A stretch of 64,000 nt of DNA from Adineta vaga. Taxonomy: Eukaryota; Animalia; Rotifera. Position numbers and translations under genes: made by a program. Within the stretch, counting starts at the first letter, position 1. Each line of letters begins with the position of its first letter. Below are positions 48,980 through 60,634 of this stretch, one piece after another. A model generated the notes under the pieces. That model made no database searches and was not told where the DNA came from. It was given only the letters and a program-made list of their open reading frames with translations. The stretch lies in the NCBI GenBank assembly GCA_021613535.1, contig CP075494.1, forward strand, positions 4,712,001 through 4,776,000, given 5' to 3'.

Positions 48980-50884
48980 ATGTCGTGCAATTTATCCATC
49001 ATCAAAGAGCAGAACGAAAAGGAGAATGATAAGTCCATTGATACATACCAATATCATGTCGCCCCGCTGAATCATACAGTTTACTACATATCGTCAGCAT
49101 TTACCAATGTTCAAGAACTGCAAACTGAATATGGTGCGCGATATCAGCATGAAAAATGTGCATTGGCTGAATTGAATAAACGTTTTCGTATCTTTGTTGA
49201 TCGTGTTCAACAGTTGGAATCAGAAAATGCAAAATATATAGCACTTCTGACCGATTGTCGACCGAATATTCGTATTATCGGCACAGAATCCGAAGAATGT
49301 TATCTCGGAGTACAATCTGATCTCATGAAAATTAATAGTGAAAAAGTTAACTCTGATTTGGAATCCGAATTCTTTCAGCTGCAAATTGGAACATACAAAC
49401 AGTTGGTTGATTGGAAAGATGGACGGCGTTTCAAATTCGAACAAGAATTAAATCAATCATCATCCGTTCTCACTAATCTACGTACATCCTATGCAGATTT
49501 GCAGCGGCAAGTTGACAGTGTTTATGCAACATGGAAAAATACATTTCAACAGCATTTGGCTATAACAGTTGACTGGCGCGAATCCAAGAGACAAACATTT
49601 GCGTTGTTACTCAGTGTAGAAGCCTTGAAGAATCAAATGATATTTTACAAGAATTTGGTTTCGTACTTAGAACAGTGAGTGCATATCTTTTTCTATTCAG
49701 ATATATTCTTTTTTTGATTTAAACAGATTTGAATCATTCACAGTTGATTTCAAACAATTTTCGACGCTTGAATTTGACAAAATTGTCAAGAAAATACGTC
49801 TTGATTTTGAACAATTCTATAGAACAGTTGGTCTTAAATTAACCGAGTACTATCAAACGAAAATGGAACAACTGAAAACAGAAGTTAAGAAAATAGTGGA
49901 CTATCAACAAAGTGAGGTCGTAGTAACTCAAGGACAGACACTCAATGCGGAATATAAGCAAGTGCAGAAAATTTATTCCGACAAAAAAGAAGTGATAGTG
50001 AAGCTGGAGGCTACGTATTGTAAATCAAATTCATTGTTTTGATTCTTATTTAAAAACATGTTTCATATCTTAATTAGCTAAGTTAGAATCCGAATTACAA
50101 TCCATTCAAATTGAAAACCAACAGAAACTTGAATCACAGACAAAAGATCTACAGAGTTTACAGGAAAGTATCATGACTGTCGTCTATAATATCGACGAAG
50201 CGCAGCAACGGTTAGCATATTTCGCTAATGGTTACGAAATCAGATCAAAATGTTTTTTTTTATTTTTTAGAAAAATTGAGTTAGAAAGTGAAATTATTGT
50301 CTATTGTAATTTATTGGATGCCAGTCAAATACAGAATCAGCAAGTGATCGTCTCCTCTTGTCTGCCAATTGAAAGTACAACAACGAGAAAAACTGTCGTC
50401 AGAACCAATAATAAAGGATCGATTAGCATTCGTGAGTGTCCAATTGAAAATGTAGTGAAATAATACTAATTTTTTTTTGTAAAGAATGCCCTCCTGATGG
50501 TACATACATTAGCTTGATGAATCATTCCAAAAGTGAAAAATTCAATATTTCGAGATGGATCTTGAAACGACGTCTCGATTCAAAAAGAGAATTTCGATAT
50601 ACACTACCCGATCAAGTTTTACTTGAGCCAGGTCGTGAATTAAGAATCTATTCTAAGCAGGGTGTTTCTGCTAATAAAGTACCACCAATTGGTCATTGTA
50701 TTATTTCGTCATTACGTCAGGAATATATCAATAACAATCTCGATTCATGGGGTATGTCGTATTATTCTATTTATTGATTAACCCTTGCTGTTGCCTAGGT
50801 ATATGTAACACCGCCGAAACGCTATTGTTTAATGAAAATGGTGAAGAAAAAGCATTCTATTCACAAGCAATTGCACCCGACTAA
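48980..50884 (+). CDS. Intermediate filament protein with lamin-tail domain (protostome cytoplasmic IF type); exons 48980-49674, 49727-50019, 50078-50210, 50271-50431, 50485-50751, 50799-50884
   Basis: Coil-1A LNKRFRIFVDRVQQLESEN; coil-2 end LESEIIVYCNLLD; LTD segment CPPDGTYISL.N..ISRWILKR..FRYTLP..SWG..LFNENGEEKA. No CaaX. All introns GT-AG and in frame. Confidence 0.85.
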
Positions 50885-52241
50885 CTACAACACAAAACTA
50901 CTATTGATGAAAACTGTACTTAGTTCTTGCATTAAAGTTTATTGCTTTCTAACGTTCTATTAGAGATTTTTCATCTAAGAGAAAACTAACATATGTATCG
51001 AAAGGTGTGGATGTTTGATAGCTGAAATATATACACCCTCACCTACCCAAAGAAATAAGATATGTGAAAGAAAAGAACGAAAAAAAACATGTTCATCATA
51101 GTTAGATGAATATTGATATATGAGCGATAATACGAAGTATAATTTATGCAAAATATGATGGTTTTATAGTGTTTCATTCATTGATAGATTATTCTATTTT
51201 TGTTGATATCATTTCAATGCAACATTCTGAAACATTTCGTAAGAAATCTCTTAATCAATGATACAAAAAAATTTGCTCTTTTTCTCTGGATCACTAGTTA
51301 TAACAAAGAAATTGAATTCGGAATTATCAAACATACAATGTATAGGTCATTCATTCATTTTTCTATGATTTAGAAAAGATTTAGAAAGAACAAAATCAAT
51401 TGCAACAATCTTAATCGAAGAAGATTATTGCCTTTGATAAGCTGATTCTTCTATATAGTTTTACAATTCACAAGAGATACGCAAATGAAATAACCGCAAA
51501 AGACCAAGTATTCATGTCTTACAAATACTTACTTTTGGCCGTTGAATATTTACATATAGATTAACTACTAGAGAACAAAAGTAACTAAATCGATACAATG
51601 TGTCAAATTTCAATAGCACTATGAGTACGCAATGACGAATAGTAAATATACAAGAATTTTTTTTTGCTTTATGGAATAATGGATCCTGAAGGTATTAAAC
51701 AAGAAGGTTTAGACGAAAGAAAGGTGGATTCACTATAGTTACAAGAGCATTTTCAATAGAAACAAGTATGCATAAACTAAATAAATTTTGTGAGATATTT
51801 TGAAAAAAAGTCTTAATAAGAATTGGGCTACTGAACAATAGAAATCTTTTATTTTCATGTATTTGTTCCAAATATTCTATCAACTAAAGAAATGGAAAAA
51901 AACAATTTGAAATTGATTCGTTTTTCGTATAGTTTATATGCATACAATTATATGGTTTTTTAATATTATTTTAAAGAATCCTGTCTTTTAAGACAAGACA
52001 ACTAAACATTTTTTCCCTGTCTCAGATGCGTAATTTCTTTTTCATTTAATAAACTGGATTGCGCCCAACAACGTACATATTCCATCAATTTACAAAAAAT
52101 AAAGAAAAAAGTTTCTCTCTCCTACGCGTTTGATCGATGTAAATATATATAAACGAAATATATAGTGTAAACAATATACATTAACACAGTCGATAGCAAC
52201 CAGCTTTCTCTTGAAATTCCAATCATCAGCATCTTATATTG

Positions 52242-52493
52242 ATGATATCGAAATTATGGTTTATCTTTTTTATTGCCTTAATAGCGACTATATCTATGGT
52301 AAGAATGGCCGACGATAGTAATGGAGATGTTATGAATACTGGCGAACAAAATTTTAGTCTGCGTGATCTGATAGAGCAGACCTTTGACAAGCGTGACAAA
52401 TGTCAATCTTCAAATTGTTGTAATCTTATTACTCGTGTTAAATCTGTCTGTAGCGGTCGTCGTTGGGGGTATTTCCAAATAGATGCTTCATAG
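52242..52493 (+). CDS. Small secreted Cys-rich prepropeptide
   Basis: Signal peptide, acidic pro-region, KR dibasic site, mature DKCQSSNCCNLITRVKSVCSGRRWGYFQIDAS. TATA-like TATATATAAA ~95 bp upstream. Confidence 0.65.
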   Translation: MISKLWFIFFIALIATISMVRMADDSNGDVMNTGEQNFSLRDLIEQTFDKRDKCQSSNCCNLITRVKSVCSGRRWGYFQIDAS

Positions 52494-53229
52494 TATCAAA
52501 CAATTTATAAGACTGACAGAATGAGAGAAGACTATAATTAAGAATAACTTTGCAGCAAGTTTTCAAACATTAAGTTATATTAATTATCAAAAGCTATTTC
52601 ATGTTGACCTAAAGAAATCGAATTAAATATCAAAGAAATCATTTGATAAGTACGGGTCGAAACCAAGCATAAAACCAGTTGCGAAATCCGTTGAAAGGAT
52701 TTACGCCAAGATTAGATATAGTGACTTTAATTGATTTTTATTGTTCATATAAATATATTGATTTGCTACCGCGATTGTTTATTGTTATAAGAATCTATCT
52801 CTTTGTATTCGCATCATTTCATCACGTAGGTAGATGTTCTATTTTTTCTTTCATTTGAGTATTTCATATCACAGATTGGTGAAGAATGGAAAGAATGTTT
52901 GATACGAGGAAAGAACTAAAGACGTGACGCTGCAAGATTCACTTTCATAATACAGTGATTATTGTGACCAATAGGCGGTTTTCCTTGATTACCTCTTAAA
53001 CAAGACTTGGATTCGAAAATTTAATTTGACTAAAATATCTTATTTAGTATACGGATGGAAGTTTTCAATATTAGAACTCTCGACAAAGAGACAAGACATG
53101 TGGCGCCATCATAGTGTATACAATCTGCTATTGATGCGATGAATCATCAACAGGAAAAGCGCACATACCAGAACCAGAAGTTTCAAAAACATCTTTCATA
53201 TTAAATATAAAAGAAAATAAGACCGAGAT

Positions 53230-54954
53230 ATGAAGTTTGAATTAATACCAAATGAAATTATACTCAATATATTTGAATATATTAATTCAATCGAACTTCT
53301 TCATATATTTCATAGTATCAACATTCGTTTCAATCAACTTCTTTATATTCATTTACAAACTCATTCACTTAATTTTCGTTCAATATCGAAAGAAAATTTT
53401 CATTCACTTTGTAAAAGAATTCTTCCGTTAATAACAAATGAAATCATTTCAATCGATTTATCCGACGAAGATAATACTCCTAATTTATCAATATTATTTT
53501 TTTCTTATGGTTTTCATTTTAATCATTTTATAAACTTACAATCACTTTCATTATATCATATTTATCCAATAAATTTAGTTAATAAAATTCTATTAGATTG
53601 TCCATATTTAATTTATCTTAAAATTAGTAAATGTAGTTTCGCAGATGATATAAACATATCTCAAATTTGTCTAAATAATATTTGGAATTTAATTCAACTT
53701 AAATATTGTTATTTGGATATACCATTTTCTATTGATATATCTTTTCCATTACCAGAAATAATTTCATTATCTATTGAAGATTTATCTATTGTCAATGATA
53801 CAATTAGTTTAAGTAAATTAAGTTCTTTATTTCACTATACACCTAATTTACGAAAACTTAATATAACAATTGACGATACATTAGATAATAATGAACCATT
53901 CTCATCAGTTAAGATTTTATTAACAACATTAAAAATATCTTATACAGGTGAATTTAATAATCTATTCAATTTTATCCGAAATTTATCGAATTTATCCGAA
54001 TTAATTATCGAAATCAATGATGTTTATATTGATGGATATCAATGGGAAGAAATGATTCGAAATTATTTATCAAACTTAAAACTATTTCATTTATTAATGT
54101 TTTGTAATATTAATTATGAGAAAAATTTAAAGAAAAAAATTGAACAATTATTTAAATCATTTCAAACAAAATTTTGGATTGATGAATATCAATGGTTTAT
54201 TCGATGTGATTATCATTTAGACAATGAAACAATACAACTTTATACACTTCCGTATGGTTTTCAATATTTTTATGATTGCCCTAGTAAATCATCGAAATCA
54301 ACATATCCATTCAAACAAAATTATCAATTATTTACTAATGTAAATTTTCTTATACTTGATTCTTATTTATTAGAATTTGTTTCTAATTATCCAATTCAAT
54401 TTTCAAATATTAAATATCTTAATTTATCATTTCCATTTAATCATAATCTTTGGTTAATAATACCGAAATTTCATCGATTAAAATCACTTAAAATAATAAC
54501 AATTCAACATCCTGATGAAAATGATCAATCATTTATTGACCTTCGTTTATTAATTAATAAAGTTATTAATCTATATTCATTAACAATTGATTATTTTATT
54601 ATATCAAAATTATCATTAGAATTAATTAAGAATAAATCTATTCATCGACTTAATTTAATGGTTAATGATGGACATTTTTATAATTCGGAATGTATTTTAT
54701 TAATTCGATTATTATTAAATGATCAATGTGAAATTTTATTAATTAATATTGAAAATAAATCAATTGTTATTGATTTAATTAAGAAAATGCCTAATCTTCG
54801 AGCATTAACATTTCAATGTCAAGATGATCAATGGATGGAATCTTTATCAATAGAAGATGAAACTCTTCGATGGTTAAAACATAACTTACCATTTCATTGT
54901 TTAGTGGAAAGAGATCAAAATGAAATGTCTAATATTCGTGTATGGATTCGTTAA
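53230..54954 (+). CDS. F-box/LRR protein, intronless, 574 aa
   Basis: FELIPNEIILNIFEY F-box; IDGYQWEEMIRNYL, FQTKFW..QWFIRCD, LYTLPY and MPNLRAL...IRVWIR segments. Confidence 0.88.
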   Translation: MKFELIPNEIILNIFEYINSIELLHIFHSINIRFNQLLYIHLQTHSLNFRSISKENFHSLCKRILPLITNEIISIDLSDEDNTPNLSILFFSYGFHFNHFINLQSLSLYHIYPINLVNKILLDCPYLIYLKISKCSFADDINISQICLNNIWNLIQLKYCYLDIPFSIDISFPLPEIISLSIEDLSIVNDTISLSKLSSLFHYTPNLRKLNITIDDTLDNNEPFSSVKILLTTLKISYTGEFNNLFNFIRNLSNLSELIIEINDVYIDGYQWEEMIRNYLSNLKLFHLLMFCNINYEKNLKKKIEQLFKSFQTKFWIDEYQWFIRCDYHLDNETIQLYTLPYGFQYFYDCPSKSSKSTYPFKQNYQLFTNVNFLILDSYLLEFVSNYPIQFSNIKYLNLSFPFNHNLWLIIPKFHRLKSLKIITIQHPDENDQSFIDLRLLINKVINLYSLTIDYFIISKLSLELIKNKSIHRLNLMVNDGHFYNSECILLIRLLLNDQCEILLINIENKSIVIDLIKKMPNLRALTFQCQDDQWMESLSIEDETLRWLKHNLPFHCLVERDQNEMSNIRVWIR

Positions 54955-54967
54955 ATTATTTTTATCA

Positions 54968-55040
54968 TGAGGGTGTGAATGTGAGGGTGTCATCTTATCA
55001 TCTACACACATCCAATCATCACCACTCACACCCACCCTCA
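54968..55040. repeat. Short imperfect inverted repeat of TGAGGG/TGTGGG-like units between convergent genes
   Basis: tgagggtgtgaatgtgagggtg ... cactcacacccaccctca. Confidence 0.65.
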
Positions 55041-55184
55041 AGATGAAGATAAGTGTTACACCTGTATTACATCATTAGATATACTTAAAAAATAATTAGA
55101 AACTATCGAAAGAAAAACAAAACGAGTTTCTGATGCATATTGAATTAGCAAATTTTAGTGTTGTATACATTTTTTTCGATCGCC

Positions 55185-56024
55185 TTAAACATTAAAAAAT
55201 GAAAGAAGTTGTTGTATATCATCAAACGCAAAGCATGGTTGTGGTTGAGTATGCATCGCTGAACTATCCAATGCACCGGAATAAATGCCAAATTTTCGTG
55301 CACCATTTGTATCAAATGCTGAACCAGCGACATGGAAAACTTTCGTTAAATCACCATGTACTGCATTTAATGCTTGAGCATATATTTCTGAACAAGGTTT
55401 GAAACAATTAACAGGATAATCCGATGATAAAAATAACGAAATATTAACTGATGATGGAAAAGCATGTAAAGCAGCTTTTAGTGTATTCGTATCACCATTC
55501 GAAAGCAATCCTATTTGATATCTTTTACTTAATTTTTCAAGAACATCTACAATACCATCATGTGGTCGTAGATTATGCCATGTAGATAACAGTTCATTAA
55601 AAGTTGAACTTTCTTCAGGTACTCTATCAGATAAATGAAATGATGCTAAAAGTTGTATTAATGATGAACGAATCACCCATTGAAAAGGTTGATGTGTCAC
55701 TAATGATGAAAATGATTTTCCAAAATAGGAGGCATATGCATCTAACCAATCGTTAGTAAATTTTTTGATTTCATTCGATGATAACGATGGTAGAAGTACA
55801 GCAATATTACGTTCTAATGATGATTCAGTAGACATTAACGCACCAAATAGATCAAATGTTATAATTTGTAATGTTGATACATTCAAAGAAGAACAAGATA
55901 TGGACGAAAAAATATTCTTCAACACAATATCAGATGTTTTGTAATTATTTGGTAAAGCTGAACTTCGAATAAATGCATTCAAAAAAAAGAGAAAAAGGTA
56001 AAAATACCCAGATACACGTCTCAT
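55185..56024 (-). CDS. HAD-superfamily hydrolase (2-haloacid dehalogenase-like) with signal peptide
   Basis: Motif I ITFDLFGAL, motif II LLSNGD, motif III FKP, motif IV HVAGSAFD; N-terminal hydrophobic signal. Confidence 0.85.
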   Translation of the reverse strand: MRRVSGYFYLFLFFLNAFIRSSALPNNYKTSDIVLKNIFSSISCSSLNVSTLQIITFDLFGALMSTESSLERNIAVLLPSLSSNEIKKFTNDWLDAYASYFGKSFSSLVTHQPFQWVIRSSLIQLLASFHLSDRVPEESSTFNELLSTWHNLRPHDGIVDVLEKLSKRYQIGLLSNGDTNTLKAALHAFPSSVNISLFLSSDYPVNCFKPCSEIYAQALNAVHGDLTKVFHVAGSAFDTNGARKFGIYSGALDSSAMHTQPQPCFAFDDIQQLLSFFNV

Positions 56025-56504
56025 GTTTTTTTTGTCCTTTGAGATATAAAATGAAATAGTAGACGATACTGTAGTATTGAAACAATAATGTTAAATCATT
56101 GAAGGGGATTTATAGTGGATTAAATCCTTGCTATTTTTTTTTTATCAAATCATCTCGATTTGATAATAGAAATGTGATTAATTTAAATTTAATGCATTAT
56201 TTTAAAACATTTTTACTTTGAATTTGTCCATATCGTACATAATTTGTACTATTCAAAAGAAAAGGAAAAACATTATTTTGTCTCACTTGATTAAACACAC
56301 TGTAAACAGTGTACATATATACATATCATTGAAATTATGCACAAAAAGAATGAAACAATACATAAATCCTTAAGATATATACGTGCATTTATTATCTCAT
56401 TATAGAAACATTCCGACAACGTCAAGGTGAAGCGTGACAATTTATAAATATCGATTGTATCTCCATTGCTTCATAATTACAATTAACGTTCTTCATAGTG
56501 GGCC

Positions 56505-58455
56505 ATGTCTATGGATAAATACAGCAATCGAACACAAGGAGTCTACAAAATGCTTCGAGTTTCAGACATTGAAATGCGTCCATCTTATTGTCTAAGACTT
56601 ATAACTGGATTCGAAGACAAACCGATCGTTTCTCTTGAAGATGCAGTTAAACCACTTCTTTCTATTCTACCAGCGGTAGATATGCATGCATACGCGGCTA
56701 AACAACTTTGTAAAAAACCACCACCTGATGGACTAACTATTGATGAATCTGCTTCAATTATGCTCTACTCAATGGGTTGGCAACCATTGACCGAAAGTCT
56801 ATCTTATGCATTAAATTCTACAATAGGTCCTGGAAGACCTGAAGAATTGGAGATTTGGCATGATTATTTGAAATTATTTCTCACCGCTCTTTCACGTCTT
56901 CCACCTGCTGAATGTACTGTTTATCGTGCCGTTAATTTTGATGTGAGTCCCTACTATGTTCAAGGTAACTGTTTTACGTGGCGAGGCTTTTCATCCTGTA
57001 CGAATTCTCGTAGTGTCTTTCAATCTGAATATATTCAACCAGATTCTCCCAGACGATCAATTTTTTCAATCAAATGTCAAACAGCAAGAGATATTACTCA
57101 ACACTGTTATCTTTCAAATGAATCTGAATTTATTTTACTTCCTGATACAAGATTAGGAAATCACGGAATTATTTTTCAATCCGATGATTTATGTATATTC
57201 AGTCTAGAAGAATATAAATCACCGATAATTTTTAATTGTAAATTTTATGGTAAGTAGGAATAATAAAAATCAAAAGAAAATATAGGAATTTTTTTTCTTT
57301 TTTCATTTTTTAGATGAAAGACTTGGATTATCATTTTCGGATACTGATGAATCCAATCCAGAGGTGACACAATACATAATTAAACACACGAGTGCGCGCG
57401 TCGATCAGAATCTATTAACTACTCAAGATTCTACTTCTGATTCAAGCTTAACAGTACAAATTGATACTTCTGGAAAGAAAAAATGGAAACAAAATGGTAT
57501 TACTATCGCTGGAGGAAACGGTGAAGGTTCGAAACTTGATCAGCTATTCTGTCCATCAGCGATATATATTCATGATGATCAAACTTTATACATTGTTGAT
57601 AGTCATAATCATCGTATCGTTGCATGGAAATCTGGTGCATCAAAGGGTGAATTAGTTGCCGGTGGTCTTAATATGAAATCGAAAGTCAATCAATTGGATA
57701 AACCAGTGGATATTGCTTTTGATAGAAAAACGAATAGTTTTATTATTGCTGATTCAGGAAATAATAGAGTTGTGCGTTGGTCTCTAGGTGCTGCAGAAGG
57801 TGATCCTTATATTCATGACATTCAATGTACGGCTGTAGCAATCGATGAGCATGGGTATCTTTATGTATGTGATGAGCAGGATAATTGTGTTCGACGATGG
57901 TTAATGAAGAAGAATGATGGAACAGCGAACGAAAGAAGTGGATATGTTTTCTTCTTGGATGAAGGAAGACATGATGTAAGACCATGGCAAATGGATAAAG
58001 GTTGTGCTGAAATTGTAGCTGGTGGAAATGGACGAGGACAACATGTTAGTCAATTGAGCGAACCTAATCGTATATTTATCGATCACGAGGAATCAATTTA
58101 TGTAACTGATCGAGACAATCATCGTGTTATGAAATGGAAGAAAGGCGCAACAGCAGGTATTGTTGTTGCAGGTGGTCATGGTCAAGGAGCTTCTCTAAAA
58201 CAATTGTCAGACCCACAGGGAATCTTTGTTGATGAACTAGGTGATGTTTACGTAGTTGATACTGCCAATTGTCGCGTTGTTTGTTGGCCGAAAGGAGCTG
58301 AACAAGGATATGTTGTTGTTGGTAATAATGGTGAAGGAGCACAAGCAGATCAGTTGCATCATCCTCAATCTATTACATTTGATCAAGAAGGAAATCTTTA
58401 TGTCGCTGATTCTCTTAATCATCAAATTAAAAAATTCAATCTTGTTCAAAGTTAA
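56505..58455 (+). CDS. ADP-ribosyltransferase (R-S-E type) fused to NHL-repeat beta-propeller, ~628 aa; intron 57250-57313
   Basis: LTIDESASIMLYS, VYRAV, WRGFSSCT and NESEFILLP (ExE); NHL repeats AGGNG.G..L.QL..P..I.VD..G.LYV.D..NHR. The phase-1 intron joins the two ORFs in frame. Confidence 0.9.
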
Positions 58456-58996
58456 GACTATTTAGTTTGTACGAGATTTATGGAGAAAAAATAACTTTTT
58501 GTCGCTTTTAAGTCATCTAATTCATCAATAAATGTAGTAATTTTAAATATTTTTAACGTTTAGTAACGTATATGAGTATCTAAAACGTCTCGATATTTTC
58601 AATAAGAGTACTAACTAAAAGGTTTGCTTTAAATTGTTTTCAGGATTCTAATATTAACATGACTATAGTCTCTGCTTCAGCGAAACAGAAAGACTGATGA
58701 CGAATACCATTTCAAACAAACAATACTTGAAAAAAAGGAAGAGATTCTTTTGACATATACGCGTACTTATCATATATATATATAGAATACATGACTTTTC
58801 TACTTTAAATAACAGAACTTATAATACGATGACGTTATTACGTTATAATTAGTTACAAAAGATTTATTCATTTGATGAATAGATCTTATGTATATTTTGG
58901 AAACTATGATTCATAATTTCTCTCTTTCTCTATACAACACTGATATAAAATGCTCCTATTTAGCGATAGAATCGTTACTATTTCTCAGTTGCCAAA

Positions 58997-60106
58997 ATGA
59001 TACAAACCTGGATTATTCGTCTGTTTTCTTTGCTTTTGATTGTTCACAGTACATACCAAACTTTGTATTCCTGCGATCCAAATTCTCCTTGTGGTTGCTC
59101 TCAAAATTTTGTTTCAACAAATGCTGCCTCTAACACATGGTCTTGAGCAGTATCGCTTAAACTTGGAGATTACATATGTGGTGATACTATTATTCATGAA
59201 TCTTACATTATGACAGCAGCCCATTGTCTTGCTCATGATTTTCAACTATGGGATATAACAGTTTTTGCTGTTTCGCTAAAACTTTGGAAAGGTCTATCGA
59301 ATTCGATCACGAAAATCATTAAGCGTCCAGACTACAATGCCAAGTTGCATACCAATGATATTGCCATATTGAAGTTAGCTACTCCATCGGATTTATCACG
59401 CAAATGATCTGGCAAAAGTCTGTTTACCATCAATATTTGTTGGAACAGAAGAATATCCTACATCAGGTACTAAATTATTGACAGTCGGCTGGGGTACACT
59501 TTCATCAGGTGGAGATCTTCCAGATTATTTACAACAAGTGACAATAGAAGCGGTTGGTTCACAAACGATATATTGTCAAAATATTATTTCAAATCTAGCT
59601 CTTCAATTGTGTGCAGGAACAATGCCTGGCGGTGGTAAAGGTAAGTTTGATTTAACTGTCTAATAATAGTCGTATTACATAATTACAGAGGAAAGAGAAC
59701 TATGTATGATAAAATCTTTGTTTTTAGATACATGTCAAGGCGATTCTGGTGGTCCTTTGATGGTGTTCAATTCGAATCGACAATGGGAAATAGTCGGAGT
59801 TGTCAGCTATATGGTAACCGGTGCGCCTTACCACGTTTTCCTGGCGTTTATACTCGCGTATCATCCTATTCGAATTGGATCAATGAAACAATTCCAAAAA
59901 GTTTACGGTCAGCAACGCCATGGACAACGACAACGTCAACAACAACTACAACAACTGCAATAATATCTTCTGCAGCATTCATAACACCATCAACAACTAC
60001 TGAAAAGACGACCGAAAGACCGTTTGGTAACTCACCAGATCCCATACGATTCAACATCGGTTTCGTTTTTTTCCTTTTTGCTTTTTCTATTCAAATGTTC
60101 ATTTAA
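58997..60106 (+). pseudogene. Trypsin-like (S1A) serine protease pseudogene with Thr-rich stalk and hydrophobic tail
   Basis: TAAHC, NDIAILKL and CQGDSGGP are present, but the IVGG activation segment is missing. There is an in-frame TGA near 59143 and frameshifts near 59400 and 59810. Confidence 0.8.
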
Positions 60107-60634
60107 TAATTCTGTATGATCGATTAAATATGAAAGAAATTGAAATATGATTCGTGATTTAAACTTCAAGTATACATTCTGTTATTGTTTATCAAGTAGT
60201 GAGATTTTTCGCGGAAGAAAATTTATTGACACACTCGTTCTATATTATCTATGATAAATAGAAAAACAAAAACATAGTCATATATCTATAGTATTGTTGG
60301 CGACTATTTGTAGAGAACTTTTTATCATTTGTGTTTGAATTTATGATAAAAAATGTCTATTTTTTCATGGAGTAAATGTGATCAAATACGTTGAATCATT
60401 TTTATTCGGTGGCCGACGTAAACCTGAATCACTCTGACAATCATAGACATCTCCAGTTAAAACTGAAGCTAAAAATGCCTGGTAATGACCATTTGATGAT
60501 TTAACTTATAGATATTTGCGAGAGTACATCAATATGAATTGAGAGTGATTTATTTGGAAAGGAAAAAAAAGTATGGCAATCTATTGTTATGAACGGAAAA
60601 AGGTTTGATTGTTTTGTTAAATATAAGAAAAGAT

